Shown: one piece after another, positions 1-8,452 of the stretch
Numbering within the stretch: the first letter of the stretch is position 1
How the letters are laid out: each line of letters begins with the position of its first letter
NCBI GenBank assembly: GCA_020847075.1
Contig: JADLCS010000046.1
Span: 6,295 to 70,294, forward strand
DNA from: Gammaproteobacteria bacterium
GTDB lineage: Bacteria; Pseudomonadota; Gammaproteobacteria; SZUA-140
Length of the DNA: 64,000 nucleotides
Reading direction: 5' to 3'
Position numbers and translations under genes: made by a program
The notes under the pieces: model-generated
Databases searched by the model: none
Seen by the model: the letters and a program-made list of their open reading frames with translations, nothing else
Told to the model about the DNA's origin: nothing

Positions 1-470
1 CGCGCCTGATCCGGGACCGACGCATCGCCGCGAGCGCGGGCGCCGACTACAACCCCTACGCGCGCCTCGGCGATCTGTTCGTGCTGGACGGCACGCCCGC
101 CCAGGGGCACGACGTCGCCGAGCTCGAACAGGCCCTGCGCGGCGAGGTGCAGCGGCTCCGCGACGAGCCGGTCACCGCGGAAGAACTCGACCGCATCAAG
201 ACCCAGGTCATCGCCGCGGACGTCTACCAGCGCGACTCGGTCTTCTACCAGGCGATGCGGCTCGGTACGCTCGAGACCGTGGGCCTGGACTGGCGCCTGG
301 CGGATGCCTACGTCGAGCGCGTCCGTGCCGTCACGGCGGAACAGGTGCAGGCCGCGGCGCGCAAATACCTGAGCCCCGACCGCCTGACCGTCGCGGTGCT
401 GGACCCGCTGCCCATCGATCCCTCCCGGCCCGCGCCGGCCATGGGCGCCAGCGGCCACGACCTCCGCTGA
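1..470 (+). CDS. M16 (pitrilysin/insulinase) family zinc peptidase, C-terminal fragment; 5' end lies outside the window
   Basis: Frame 3 is open from the window edge to the stop at 468-470. Translation (..TAEELDRIKTQVIAADVYQRDSVFYQAMRLG..) reads like an M16 C-terminal domain. A second M16 paralogue follows 45 nt downstream, the usual paired arrangement. Confidence 0.8.
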   Translation, partial: RLIRDRRIAASAGADYNPYARLGDLFVLDGTPAQGHDVAELEQALRGEVQRLRDEPVTAEELDRIKTQVIAADVYQRDSVFYQAMRLGTLETVGLDWRLADAYVERVRAVTAEQVQAAARKYLSPDRLTVAVLDPLPIDPSRPAPAMGASGHDLR

Positions 471-514
471 CCCGGGGCCCGCGCCCGGATCCCGGCGGCT
501 ATACAACCGGAGTA

Positions 515-1876
515 ATGCCAACCATGACAGGCCATACCGCGAAATCCCCCTTTCCCGCCGCCGTGACACGCCGGCTCGCGTCCCTCGCGCTGCTGACCGC
601 GTGCATGGCCGGCGCGGCGCTCGCCGTCGCCGCGCCCCAGATACAGCGCTGGGACACCTCGAACGGCGCCCGCGTCTACTTCGTCCAGGCGATGGAGCTG
701 CCGATGGTCGACATCCAACTGGTGTTCGACGCAGGCAGCGCCCGCAACGGAGACACGCCGGGGCTCGCCCTGCTGACCAGCGCCCTGCTCGATGACGGTG
801 CGGGCGATCTCGATGCCGACGCCATCGCCGCGGGATTCGAAAACCTCGGCGCGCAGTTCGGCGCGAGTTCGCTGCGCGACATGGGCTCCGTCACCCTGCG
901 CAGTCTGAGCGACTCTGCGCATCTCGATCCGGCGCTCGATCTCCTCGCCCTGATCCTGCGCGCCCCGGCCTTTCCCGCCGACGCGCTGGAGCGCGAGCGC
1001 AATCGCCTGTTGATCGCACTGCAGTCGCAGGAGCAATCGCCGGAGGATATCGCGGAGAAGACGTTTTTCCAGGCGATCTACGGCGACCATCCCTACGCCG
1101 CCGACCCGCTCGGTACCCCGGAATCGCTGCGGGCGATCGGGCGCAAGGACATCGGGGACTTCTATCGCGAATATTACGTGGCGCGCAACGCGGTGATCGC
1201 CCTGGTCGGCGCGCTGGATCGCGCCGACGCCGAGCGCATCGCGCAGCGTCTGGCCGACGGGCTCCCCGCCGGCCACCGCGCGGCGCCGCTGCCCCCGGTC
1301 GCCCCGCTCGCGGAGGCGAAGACCGAGCATGTGGAATATCCCTCGTCGCAAACCCATATCCTGGTCGGCGCGGCGGGGATGACGCGTGACGACCCCGACT
1401 ACTTCCCCCTCTACGTCGGCAACCACGTGCTCGGCGGCGGCGGGCTCGTATCGCGCATCAGCGCGGAGATCCGCGAGAAGCGCGGGCTGGCCTACAGCGC
1501 CTACAGCTACTTCACGCCCATGCGGGCGGCCGGGCCCTATACCCTCGGCCTGCAGACGCGCGGCGATCAGGCGGAACAGGCGGTGGAGATCCTGGATCGC
1601 ACGCTGAACGACTTCATCGAGCACGGCCCCACCGCCGCGGAGCTGACCGCCTCGAAGAAGAACATCACCGGCGGATTCCCGCTGCGCATCGCCAGCAACA
1701 GCAGCATCGCCGGCAACCTGGCCATGATCGGCTTCTACGATCTGCCGCTGGATTACCTCGACCGGTTCAACGCACAGGTCGAGGCCGTCACGGCCGACCG
1801 GATCCGGGACGCCTTCCGGCGCCGCGTGCACCCCGACCAGATGGTGACGGTGACGGTTGGCACCGCAGCGCCGTAA
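515..1876 (+). CDS. M16 family peptidase-like protein, probably the non-catalytic partner subunit
   Basis: 453-aa ORF with a signal-like N-terminus (LALLTACMAGAALAVAAP) and M16-type text (RGLAYSAYSYF, GGFPLRIASNS). No HxxEH zinc motif anywhere in the translation. Confidence 0.8.
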   Translation: MPTMTGHTAKSPFPAAVTRRLASLALLTACMAGAALAVAAPQIQRWDTSNGARVYFVQAMELPMVDIQLVFDAGSARNGDTPGLALLTSALLDDGAGDLDADAIAAGFENLGAQFGASSLRDMGSVTLRSLSDSAHLDPALDLLALILRAPAFPADALERERNRLLIALQSQEQSPEDIAEKTFFQAIYGDHPYAADPLGTPESLRAIGRKDIGDFYREYYVARNAVIALVGALDRADAERIAQRLADGLPAGHRAAPLPPVAPLAEAKTEHVEYPSSQTHILVGAAGMTRDDPDYFPLYVGNHVLGGGGLVSRISAEIREKRGLAYSAYSYFTPMRAAGPYTLGLQTRGDQAEQAVEILDRTLNDFIEHGPTAAELTASKKNITGGFPLRIASNSSIAGNLAMIGFYDLPLDYLDRFNAQVEAVTADRIRDAFRRRVHPDQMVTVTVGTAAP

Positions 1877-2465
1877 ACCGGCGGAGGCGCGGGACGGCGG
1901 GCGGCTGCGCATCATCGGCGGCCGCTGGCGCAGCCGTCGCATCGAATTCGCCGCCGCCGCGGGCGTCCGTCCCACTGCCGACCGCATCCGCGAGACCTTG
2001 TTCAACTGGCTGCGGGACGTGATCCCCGGCGCGCGCTGCCTCGACCTCTACGCGGGCAGCGGTGCGCTCGGCTTCGAGGCGCTCTCGCGCGGCGCGCGCA
2101 GCGTCGTCTTCGTCGATCAGGACGTCCGCGTCGTGCAGCAATTGCAGGCCAATGCCGAACGGCTCGGCGCGCGGGAGGACGCGGAAATTGTCTGGTCGGA
2201 GGCGCTGGAGTTTCTGGCGCAGCGCGGAGACGACGCCTTCGATGTGGTCTTCCTCGACCCGCCGTTCCGCGACGACGTGATCGGGGAGGCCTGCCGGCGG
2301 CTGGAACAGCGCCGGCTCCTGTCCGCCCCGTGCTGGATCTATCTGGAAACGGATCAGGGCCGGGCCGCGCCCGAGCTGGCCGCCCACTGGCGATGGCTGC
2401 ACGAAAAATCGGCCGGCCAGGTCGCCTACCGGCTCGCCCGGCGCGACGCCCCAGACGGCCGCTAG
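1857..2465 (+). CDS. rsmD: 16S rRNA (guanine966-N2)-methyltransferase RsmD
   Basis: 202-aa ORF with the only possible start at TTG 1857, after an in-frame stop at 1851. Motifs [31 protein letters not shown] (SAM pocket) and DPPF. Confidence 0.85.
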   Translation: MAPQRRKPAEARDGGRLRIIGGRWRSRRIEFAAAAGVRPTADRIRETLFNWLRDVIPGARCLDLYAGSGALGFEALSRGARSVVFVDQDVRVVQQLQANAERLGAREDAEIVWSEALEFLAQRGDDAFDVVFLDPPFRDDVIGEACRRLEQRRLLSAPCWIYLETDQGRAAPELAAHWRWLHEKSAGQVAYRLARRDAPDGR

Positions 2466-2533
2466 GCCCCCACCCGGGCGCGTGTATTTGCTGCTACACT
2501 GGCGGACACCCACCGCAGACCGGCCGAGGAGTG

Positions 2534-3013
2534 ATGAAACAGACCGCCATCTATCCGGGCACATTCGATCCGATCACCCACGGCCATACCGATCTCGTCG
2601 AACGCGCGACCCGGGTATTCGACCGCGTCATCGTCGCCGTCGCAGCCAACCCGGTCAAGAAGCCGACCTTCCCCCTCGAGGAGCGGATCGGCATGGCCGC
2701 GGCCGCGCTCGCCGGGCTCACCGGCGTCGAGGTGTGCGGCTTCGACCGCCTGCTGGTGGAATTCGCGCGCGAGCGCGGGGCGTCGATCATCCTGCGCGGC
2801 CTGCGCGTGGTGTCGGACTTCGAATACGAGTTTCAACTCGCCGGCATGAACCGCAAGCTGGACCCGGGCATCGAGACCCTGTATCTGATGCCCGCCGAAC
2901 AGTACGCCTTTATCTCGTCCAGTCTGGTCAAGGAGATCGCCTCCCTCGGCGGCGACGTCTCCGCCTTCGTGCACGCAGGCGTCATGGCTGCGCTGTCCAG
3001 GAAGATGCGTTAA
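2534..3013 (+). CDS. coaD: phosphopantetheine adenylyltransferase
   Basis: [25 protein letters not shown].. is the PPAT N-terminus with the TxGH nucleotidyltransferase motif. ATG 2534 was chosen inside the longer tracked ORF 2330..3013, whose upstream part is Arg/Pro-rich shadow sequence. Confidence 0.93.
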   Translation: MKQTAIYPGTFDPITHGHTDLVERATRVFDRVIVAVAANPVKKPTFPLEERIGMAAAALAGLTGVEVCGFDRLLVEFARERGASIILRGLRVVSDFEYEFQLAGMNRKLDPGIETLYLMPAEQYAFISSSLVKEIASLGGDVSAFVHAGVMAALSRKMR

Positions 3014-3048
3014 GCTTTGCCCGTGCGCCCCACCGCCCACCCTCATGA

Positions 3049-3315
<267 letters not shown>

Positions 3316-3322
3316 CCCCGGC

Positions 3323-5068
3323 ATGAAGACCCGCGCCGTGTCTCCGTCCCGGCCCCGTGACGACGGACAGGGGGGATGGCGCGCCGGCGCGACCCTCATC
3401 GCGATCCTGCTCTGGCTCCTCTCGCCCGGCGCGCAGGGGGCGCCCGCGCGGGCCGGCGAGGACGCCCTCCCGCCGGCGGCCGCGATTGCCTCCGCCCACC
3501 CGCTCGCCACCCGGGCGGGACACGACATCCTGCAAGCGGGCGGCAACGCCTTCGATGCCGCGGTGGCCGTCGGCGCCATGCTGGCGGTGGTGGAGCCGAC
3601 CGGCTCCGGGCTAGGCGGCGGCGGCTTCTGGCTGCTGCATCGCGCCTCCGACGGCCATGAGATCATGCTCGACGGCCGCGAACGCGCGCCGCTCGCCGCG
3701 CACGCGGAGATGTACCTGGACGCCGACGGCGCGGCGATCCCCGCCGCATCGATCGACGGCGCTCTGGCGGCGGCCATCCCCGGCACCCCGGCCGCCCTGG
3801 CCTACCTGGCCGAGCGCTACGGACGCCTGCCGCTGACGCGCAGCCTCGCCCCCGCCATCCGGACCGCCCGCGAGGGACTCCCCGTCGACGCGCATTATCT
3901 GCGACTGGCGCGCTTCCGTCTGGAGGCGCTGCGCCGCTCACCCGCCGCCGCGGCCGTCTTCCTCGACCGGGGCGACGTCCCGGCGGAGGGCTTCGTGCTG
4001 CGGCAACCCGATCTGGCGCGCGTGCTCGAGGCGATCGCCGGGCAGGGCCGCGCGGGTTTCTACGAGGGCCCGGTGGCCCGGGACCTGGTCGAGGGGGTGC
4101 GCGCGGCGGGGGGTCTCTGGAGCCCGGAAGACCTCGCCGGATACCGCGTCGTCGAACGCGAACCGGTGCGCGGCGAATACCGCGGCACGCGCATCACCAC
4201 AGCCGCGCCCCCGTCCTCCGGCGGCATCGCGCTGGTCACCATGTTGAACATCCTCGCAGGCTATCCGCTCGACGGGCTCGCCGCGCCCGTGCGCGACCAC
4301 CTCGTCATCGAGGCCATGCGCCGCGCCTATCGCGACCGCGCCGTCTACCTCGGCGACCCGGACTTCGTGGAGGTCCCGGCCGGAATGCTGCTGTCGCCGG
4401 ACTACGCGGCCGGTCTGCGCAACGCCATCCGCCCCGATCGCGCCACGCCGAGCGCCCTGCTCCCCGGCATCGAGGCCGACCCGGCCGGCGCGGACACCAC
4501 CCACTTCTCCATCCTGGACCGCGCCGGCAATCGCGTGGCGGCGACGTTGTCGATCAACCTGCCCTTCGGGGCCGCCTTCGTACCGCCCGGCACCGGGGTG
4601 TTGCTCAACGACGAGATGGACGACTTCTCCGTCAAGCCGGGGGTCGGCAACGCCTACGGCCTGATCGGCGCGCAGCCCAACGCCATCGCCGCGGGCAAGC
4701 GCCCGCTCTCCAGCATGACGCCGACCTTCCTCGACGACGGCCGCCGGGTCGCCATCCTGGGCACGCCGGGGGGCAGCCGCATCATCACCATGGTGCTGCT
4801 GGCCGCGCTCGACTTCCAGCGGGGCGGTTCTCCGGAGGAATGGGTCGGCCTGAAACGCTATCACCACCAGTATCTGCCCGACGTCGTCGGCTACGAACCG
4901 GGCGCCTTCGACGCAGACGAGGCGGCCGCCCTGACCGTGCTCGGGCACCGGCTCGAGGAACGCGCACGACCCTATGGCAACATGCAGGCGATCCTGTGGG
5001 ATCGCGCGCGCGACCGCGTCAGCGCCGCGAGCGATCCACGCGGCGGCGGCAGCGCCGAGACACGCTGA
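3323..5068 (+). CDS. ggt: gamma-glutamyltransferase
   Basis: 581 aa with a signal-like N-terminus. GGT signatures TGSGLGGGGF and the autoprocessing region GADTTHFSILD. Confidence 0.9.
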   Translation: MKTRAVSPSRPRDDGQGGWRAGATLIAILLWLLSPGAQGAPARAGEDALPPAAAIASAHPLATRAGHDILQAGGNAFDAAVAVGAMLAVVEPTGSGLGGGGFWLLHRASDGHEIMLDGRERAPLAAHAEMYLDADGAAIPAASIDGALAAAIPGTPAALAYLAERYGRLPLTRSLAPAIRTAREGLPVDAHYLRLARFRLEALRRSPAAAAVFLDRGDVPAEGFVLRQPDLARVLEAIAGQGRAGFYEGPVARDLVEGVRAAGGLWSPEDLAGYRVVEREPVRGEYRGTRITTAAPPSSGGIALVTMLNILAGYPLDGLAAPVRDHLVIEAMRRAYRDRAVYLGDPDFVEVPAGMLLSPDYAAGLRNAIRPDRATPSALLPGIEADPAGADTTHFSILDRAGNRVAATLSINLPFGAAFVPPGTGVLLNDEMDDFSVKPGVGNAYGLIGAQPNAIAAGKRPLSSMTPTFLDDGRRVAILGTPGGSRIITMVLLAALDFQRGGSPEEWVGLKRYHHQYLPDVVGYEPGAFDADEAAALTVLGHRLEERARPYGNMQAILWDRARDRVSAASDPRGGGSAETR

Positions 5069-5090
5069 GGCGCGCGGCGCATCCGCCGCC

Positions 5091-5116
5091 GGGGACGGAT
5101 TTCAAAATCCGTCCCC
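5091..5116. repeat. palindromic element GGGGACGGATTTCAAAATCCGTCCCC, copy 1 of 2
   Basis: Perfect 10-bp stem GGGGACGGAT/ATCCGTCCCC in the convergent ggt/xthA spacer. A near-identical copy, one A shorter in the loop, lies at 15750-15774. Confidence 0.8.
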
Positions 5117-5215
5117 TCTTCAATCCGGACCGCGGGCCTTTCCCCTCCGCCCGTATGCAAGGTCAGGAGCCGGAGAAGACCAGCGGATTTTCGCTTTTCA
5201 CTCCGTCCTTAGTCC

Positions 5216-6007
5216 TTAGTCCTGCACTTTAGTCCCCAACTCGTAGTCGTAATCGAGAATGAGGGGCGCGTGGTCCGAGAAGCGCTCGTCCTTGTAGATG
5301 GACACCGCCTTCACCCGGTCCTTCAGCCCGGGCGTGACGACCTGGTAGTCGATGCGCCAGCCGACGTTCTTGGCCCAGGCCTGGCCGCGATTGGACCACC
5401 AGGTGTACTGGTCCGCCTCCTGGTTGACGACGCGGAAGGCGTCGACGAAACCGAGCGGCCCGAACAGTCGATCCATCCAGGCGCGCTCCTCGGGGAGAAA
5501 GCCGGAATTCTTCTGGTTGCCGCGCCAGTTCTTGATGTCCAGCTTGGTGTGCGCGATGTTCCAGTCGCCGCAGATGACGTAGTCGCGTTTCCGGCGGCGA
5601 AACCCCTCGAGCACCGGAATGAAGCGCTCCAGGAAATCGAACTTCACCGCCTGGCGTTCCTCGCCGCTGGAGCCGGAGGGGAGATACAGCGAAATCACGC
5701 TGAGCGGGCCGAAATCCGCCTGGATGAAGCGCCCCTCGCGATCCATGTCCGGCCATCCGATCCCCGGCGTGACCCGGTCGGGCTCGCGCCGGCAGTAGAG
5801 CGCCACCCCGCTGTAACCCTTCTTTTCCGCATCGTGGTAATAGGCGAAATAGCCGGCGGGGCGCAGCAATTCGTCGTCCAGTTGATGTTCCTGCGCCTTG
5901 GTCTCCTGCAGGCAGACCACATCGGCGCCCTGCCGGGCCAACCAGGGAAAAAAGCCCTTGCGGGCCGCCGAGCGTATCCCGTTGGCGTTGAGGGTGATGA
6001 TGCGCAT
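5216..6007 (-). CDS. xthA: exodeoxyribonuclease III
   Basis: 263 aa; MRIITLNANGIRSA.., ..CLQETK.., ..WSNRGQAWAKNVGWRIDY.., ..SDHAPL.. match the ExoIII/AP endonuclease family. Confidence 0.93.
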   Translation of the reverse strand: MRIITLNANGIRSAARKGFFPWLARQGADVVCLQETKAQEHQLDDELLRPAGYFAYYHDAEKKGYSGVALYCRREPDRVTPGIGWPDMDREGRFIQADFGPLSVISLYLPSGSSGEERQAVKFDFLERFIPVLEGFRRRKRDYVICGDWNIAHTKLDIKNWRGNQKNSGFLPEERAWMDRLFGPLGFVDAFRVVNQEADQYTWWSNRGQAWAKNVGWRIDYQVVTPGLKDRVKAVSIYKDERFSDHAPLILDYDYELGTKVQD

Positions 6008-6182
6008 TGCCCGGACCCGTTGGTGGTGTGTCGAAGACGCCGATGATACCGGAGCACGCGCGCGGGGTCATGCGCGGCGCCCCCGGACCGGGCAAGGGCC
6101 CGCCGCCGGCGCGCGGGACCGTGATTCCCCCGCCGGCGCCGGCCGGCTAGAATAGCGCGGACACGCGATACAGGAGCGCTCG

Positions 6183-6836
6183 ATGCAGGACTATCAGCAG
6201 GACTTTCTCGACTTCGCCATCGCACGCGGTGTGCTGCGCTTCGGCGAATTCACCCTCAAATCGGGCCGGTTGAGTCCGTACTTCTTCAACAGCGGGATGT
6301 TCGACGACGGCGACGCCATCGCCGGGCTCGGGCGCTACTACGCGGCGGCCATCCGCGCCTCCGGCCTGGCCTTCGATATGGTGTACGGCCCCGCCTACAA
6401 GGGCATCCCGCTGGTCGTCGCCACCGCCATCGCGCTCAACGACCGTCACGGCGTGAACGTCCCCTACGCCTTCAACCGCAAGGAGGCCAAGGACCACGGC
6501 GAGGGCGGCATCATCGTCGGCCGCGCGCTCACGGGACGGGTGCTCATCATCGACGACGTGATCTCGGCCGGCACCTCGGTGCGCGAATCGGTGGACATCA
6601 TCCGCCGCGCCGGCGCGACCGTCGCCGGCGTCGCCATCTCGCTCGACCGCCAGGAGCGCGGCCAGAACACGCAGTCCGCGATCCAGGAGGTCGAGACCGC
6701 ATACGGCATCAAGGTGGTCAGCATCGCCAGCCTGGAGACACTGATCCGGTATCTTTCGACCCGCGCCGATCTCGGCCCGGTGCTGGAACGTATCGAGGCC
6801 TATCGGAAGGAATACGGTGCAAAAGGCACAGCCTGA
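6183..6836 (+). CDS. pyrE: orotate phosphoribosyltransferase
   Basis: 217 aa; [17 protein letters not shown] and the PRPP loop [18 protein letters not shown] lies 6 nt upstream of the ATG. Confidence 0.95.
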   Translation: MQDYQQDFLDFAIARGVLRFGEFTLKSGRLSPYFFNSGMFDDGDAIAGLGRYYAAAIRASGLAFDMVYGPAYKGIPLVVATAIALNDRHGVNVPYAFNRKEAKDHGEGGIIVGRALTGRVLIIDDVISAGTSVRESVDIIRRAGATVAGVAISLDRQERGQNTQSAIQEVETAYGIKVVSIASLETLIRYLSTRADLGPVLERIEAYRKEYGAKGTA

Positions 6837-6847
6837 AAAAATCTAAT

Positions 6848-6935
6848 GTAACCCGGATGAAGGCGCAAGGCGCCGGAATCCGGGGAAATCTTCTCAGACT
6901 ATCCCCGGATTCCGCCGTGCTCCATCCGGGCTACG
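6848..6935. repeat. inverted pair of REP-like palindromic units (BIME-like)
   Basis: GTAACCCGGATGAAGGCGCAAGGCGCCGGAATCCGGGG, then 17 nt, then the reverse complement of GTAGCCCGGATGGAGCACGGCGGAATCCGGGG. Each unit is itself a CCCGGAT...ATCCGGG hairpin. Confidence 0.8.
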
Positions 6936-7049
6936 TCACTCTGCATCCTCGCCATCGGTCGTGTCGCATGAAATGAAGCTCAACACCTGCCACAACGGCG
7001 CGAGTTTGTGAACGCACGGCGACCAAAGGGAGCGAATTAATGGCGCTTG

Positions 7050-7430
7050 TTAGAGCTTTTTTAGAAGCTCAGATTTTTTGGAAGCGAATTCTTCATCGTT
7101 AAGCAACCCTTTATCGTGAAGATCCTTTAGTTGTAACAGCTTATCGCTAACAGAATCATTTTTCTGAGGTTGTGTAGAATTACTCACAATCTCCACTTGT
7201 GGCGGTTCTGTTTTGCCACGCTGCGCCACTACCGCAGCCCCGATGCCACCGGCAATTGCGCCAAATACAGCGCCCCATAACCCAAAGATGAAATATCCGA
7301 ATAAACCACCAACAAACACGCCCACATAGGATGATAGTGTGAACGCCTTGTCTCTTGACTTGTTTCGCTGGCAGTAGGGACAAACCTCTCCTGCGATCGG
7401 GATATCTTCTCCACAACCTGAACAAAGCAT
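7050..7430 (-). CDS. small membrane protein: N-terminal zinc ribbon, Gly-rich transmembrane segment(s), C-terminal SHOCT domain
   Basis: 126 aa. CSGC..CPYC ribbon; VGVFVGGLFGYFIFGLWGAVFGAIAGGIGAAVV hydrophobic core; C-terminus LLQLKDLHDKGLLNDEEFASKKSELL matches the SHOCT pattern. AAGGAG lies 8 nt upstream of the ATG. Codons mostly end in A/T, unlike the neighbouring genes. Confidence 0.8.
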   Translation of the reverse strand: MLCSGCGEDIPIAGEVCPYCQRNKSRDKAFTLSSYVGVFVGGLFGYFIFGLWGAVFGAIAGGIGAAVVAQRGKTEPPQVEIVSNSTQPQKNDSVSDKLLQLKDLHDKGLLNDEEFASKKSELLKKL

Positions 7431-7683
7431 GGATATAACTCCTTGCTCTATCTAACGTGTCGCATCACCGGCAACAAAAAGCAGGGCGACGAGAAACGAA
7501 GAGCGCCGCTTTTTGCTGTCCGCGTGCATGCGGTTGTAGGCATCTTTTGCTTTAGTCATCTTTGTCCACATGATGCCGACTTAAGCAGTATAATAGCACT
7601 GCCCTTGCACTTGACCCATCTCGTCCCTCCAAAATACAGGCTCCCCCGGAACACGTCACCCACCGTCTTCCATATTCGCGCAC

Positions 7684-8439
7684 TCACCCGATCACCAGCT
7701 TGATCCCCACCAGCAGCGTCACGATCTCGAAGGCGCGCTTGATCAGCCGGTTGCCCCGGGCGATGGCGATATGGGCCCCGAGGTAGCCGCCGACGAGCGA
7801 ACCGAGCAGCAGCGCGGGCAGCCAGTCCCAGCGGACCGGCGCCTGCAGGCCCAGGACGAGCGCGCCGGCGCCGTTCCAGAACAGGCCGACCAGGATCAGG
7901 GTATAGGCGACGGCGCGCTTGTAATCCAGGCCGAACCAGCGCACCAGCCACAGGGTCGCGAACAGCCCCGTGCCGGAGGACAGCGAGCCGTTGACGATGC
8001 CGACCACGAACAGGCCCGCCCCTCCGATCAGATAGCCGCGTCCGTCGCGGTGTCGCGGCCGGTGCTCCTGACCGAGGTCCGGCCTGAGCCAGGAATAGAC
8101 CCCCAGGCCCAGGGTGAGCAGGCCGAGCGTCACCTGGGCCACCCGGTCCGGGATCTGCAGGATCAGGCGCGCGCCCAGCAGTACGCCGGGCAGGCCGGTC
8201 GCCAGCATGAAGAGGGCGAAGCGCCGCTCGACCCCGCCGGCCTTCAGATAACGCAGCGTCGCGCCGATACCCAAGGCGACGGTCGCTATCTTGTGCGTCG
8301 CGAGCGCCGTCCCGAAGGGCAGTCCCAGCAGGATCAGCACCGGCAGCTGGATCAGCCCGGCCCCTCCCCCGGACAGGGCCGAAAACATGTTCGCCAGGAG
8401 TGATATGGCAAACAGGATCCACTGGCTCAGCCAGTCCAC
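7684..8439 (-). CDS. TauE/SafE (TSUP, DUF81) family anion-export membrane protein
   Basis: 251 aa, polytopic and Gly-rich. The N-terminus ..MFSALSGGGAGLIQLPVLILLG.. is typical of TSUP proteins. Confidence 0.85.
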   Translation of the reverse strand: MDWLSQWILFAISLLANMFSALSGGGAGLIQLPVLILLGLPFGTALATHKIATVALGIGATLRYLKAGGVERRFALFMLATGLPGVLLGARLILQIPDRVAQVTLGLLTLGLGVYSWLRPDLGQEHRPRHRDGRGYLIGGAGLFVVGIVNGSLSSGTGLFATLWLVRWFGLDYKRAVAYTLILVGLFWNGAGALVLGLQAPVRWDWLPALLLGSLVGGYLGAHIAIARGNRLIKRAFEIVTLLVGIKLVIG

Positions 8440-8452
8440 GGCACGTACTCAC

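Noticed and set aside
2330-2533. Upstream extensions of coaD (2330), the DUF4124 gene (8291), rpmB (15177), lpoA (43397), the oxidase (46233) and fpr (60881)
   Set aside because: Family-typical N-termini start at internal ATGs. The extensions overlap neighbouring genes or use TTG/GTG starts with no SD.
5149-5226. 25-codon plus-strand ORF (MQGQEPEKTSGFSLFTPSLVLSPAL) in the ggt-xthA spacer
   Set aside because: No SD. It overlaps the xthA stop region and the composition is unremarkable, so it is most likely chance.
6840-7050. Looked for a tRNA or tmRNA-like integration site next to the AT-rich islet
   Set aside because: No cloverleaf-compatible sequence or T-loop (GTTCGAATC-like) motif is present. 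Only the REP pair is there.
6960-7465. 10-bp direct repeat CGTGTCGCAT (6960-6969 and 7456-7465) as a target-site duplication flanking the SHOCT gene
   Set aside because: A single 10-mer match within about 700 bp is not far from chance. It does not coincide with the composition boundaries and there are no terminal inverted repeats or a recombinase.
7443-7703. 86-aa plus-strand ORF in the AT-rich islet
   Set aside because: No SD. It runs across the promoter region of the SHOCT gene and into the 3' end of the TSUP gene on the opposite strand, and its sequence has no features of a real protein.
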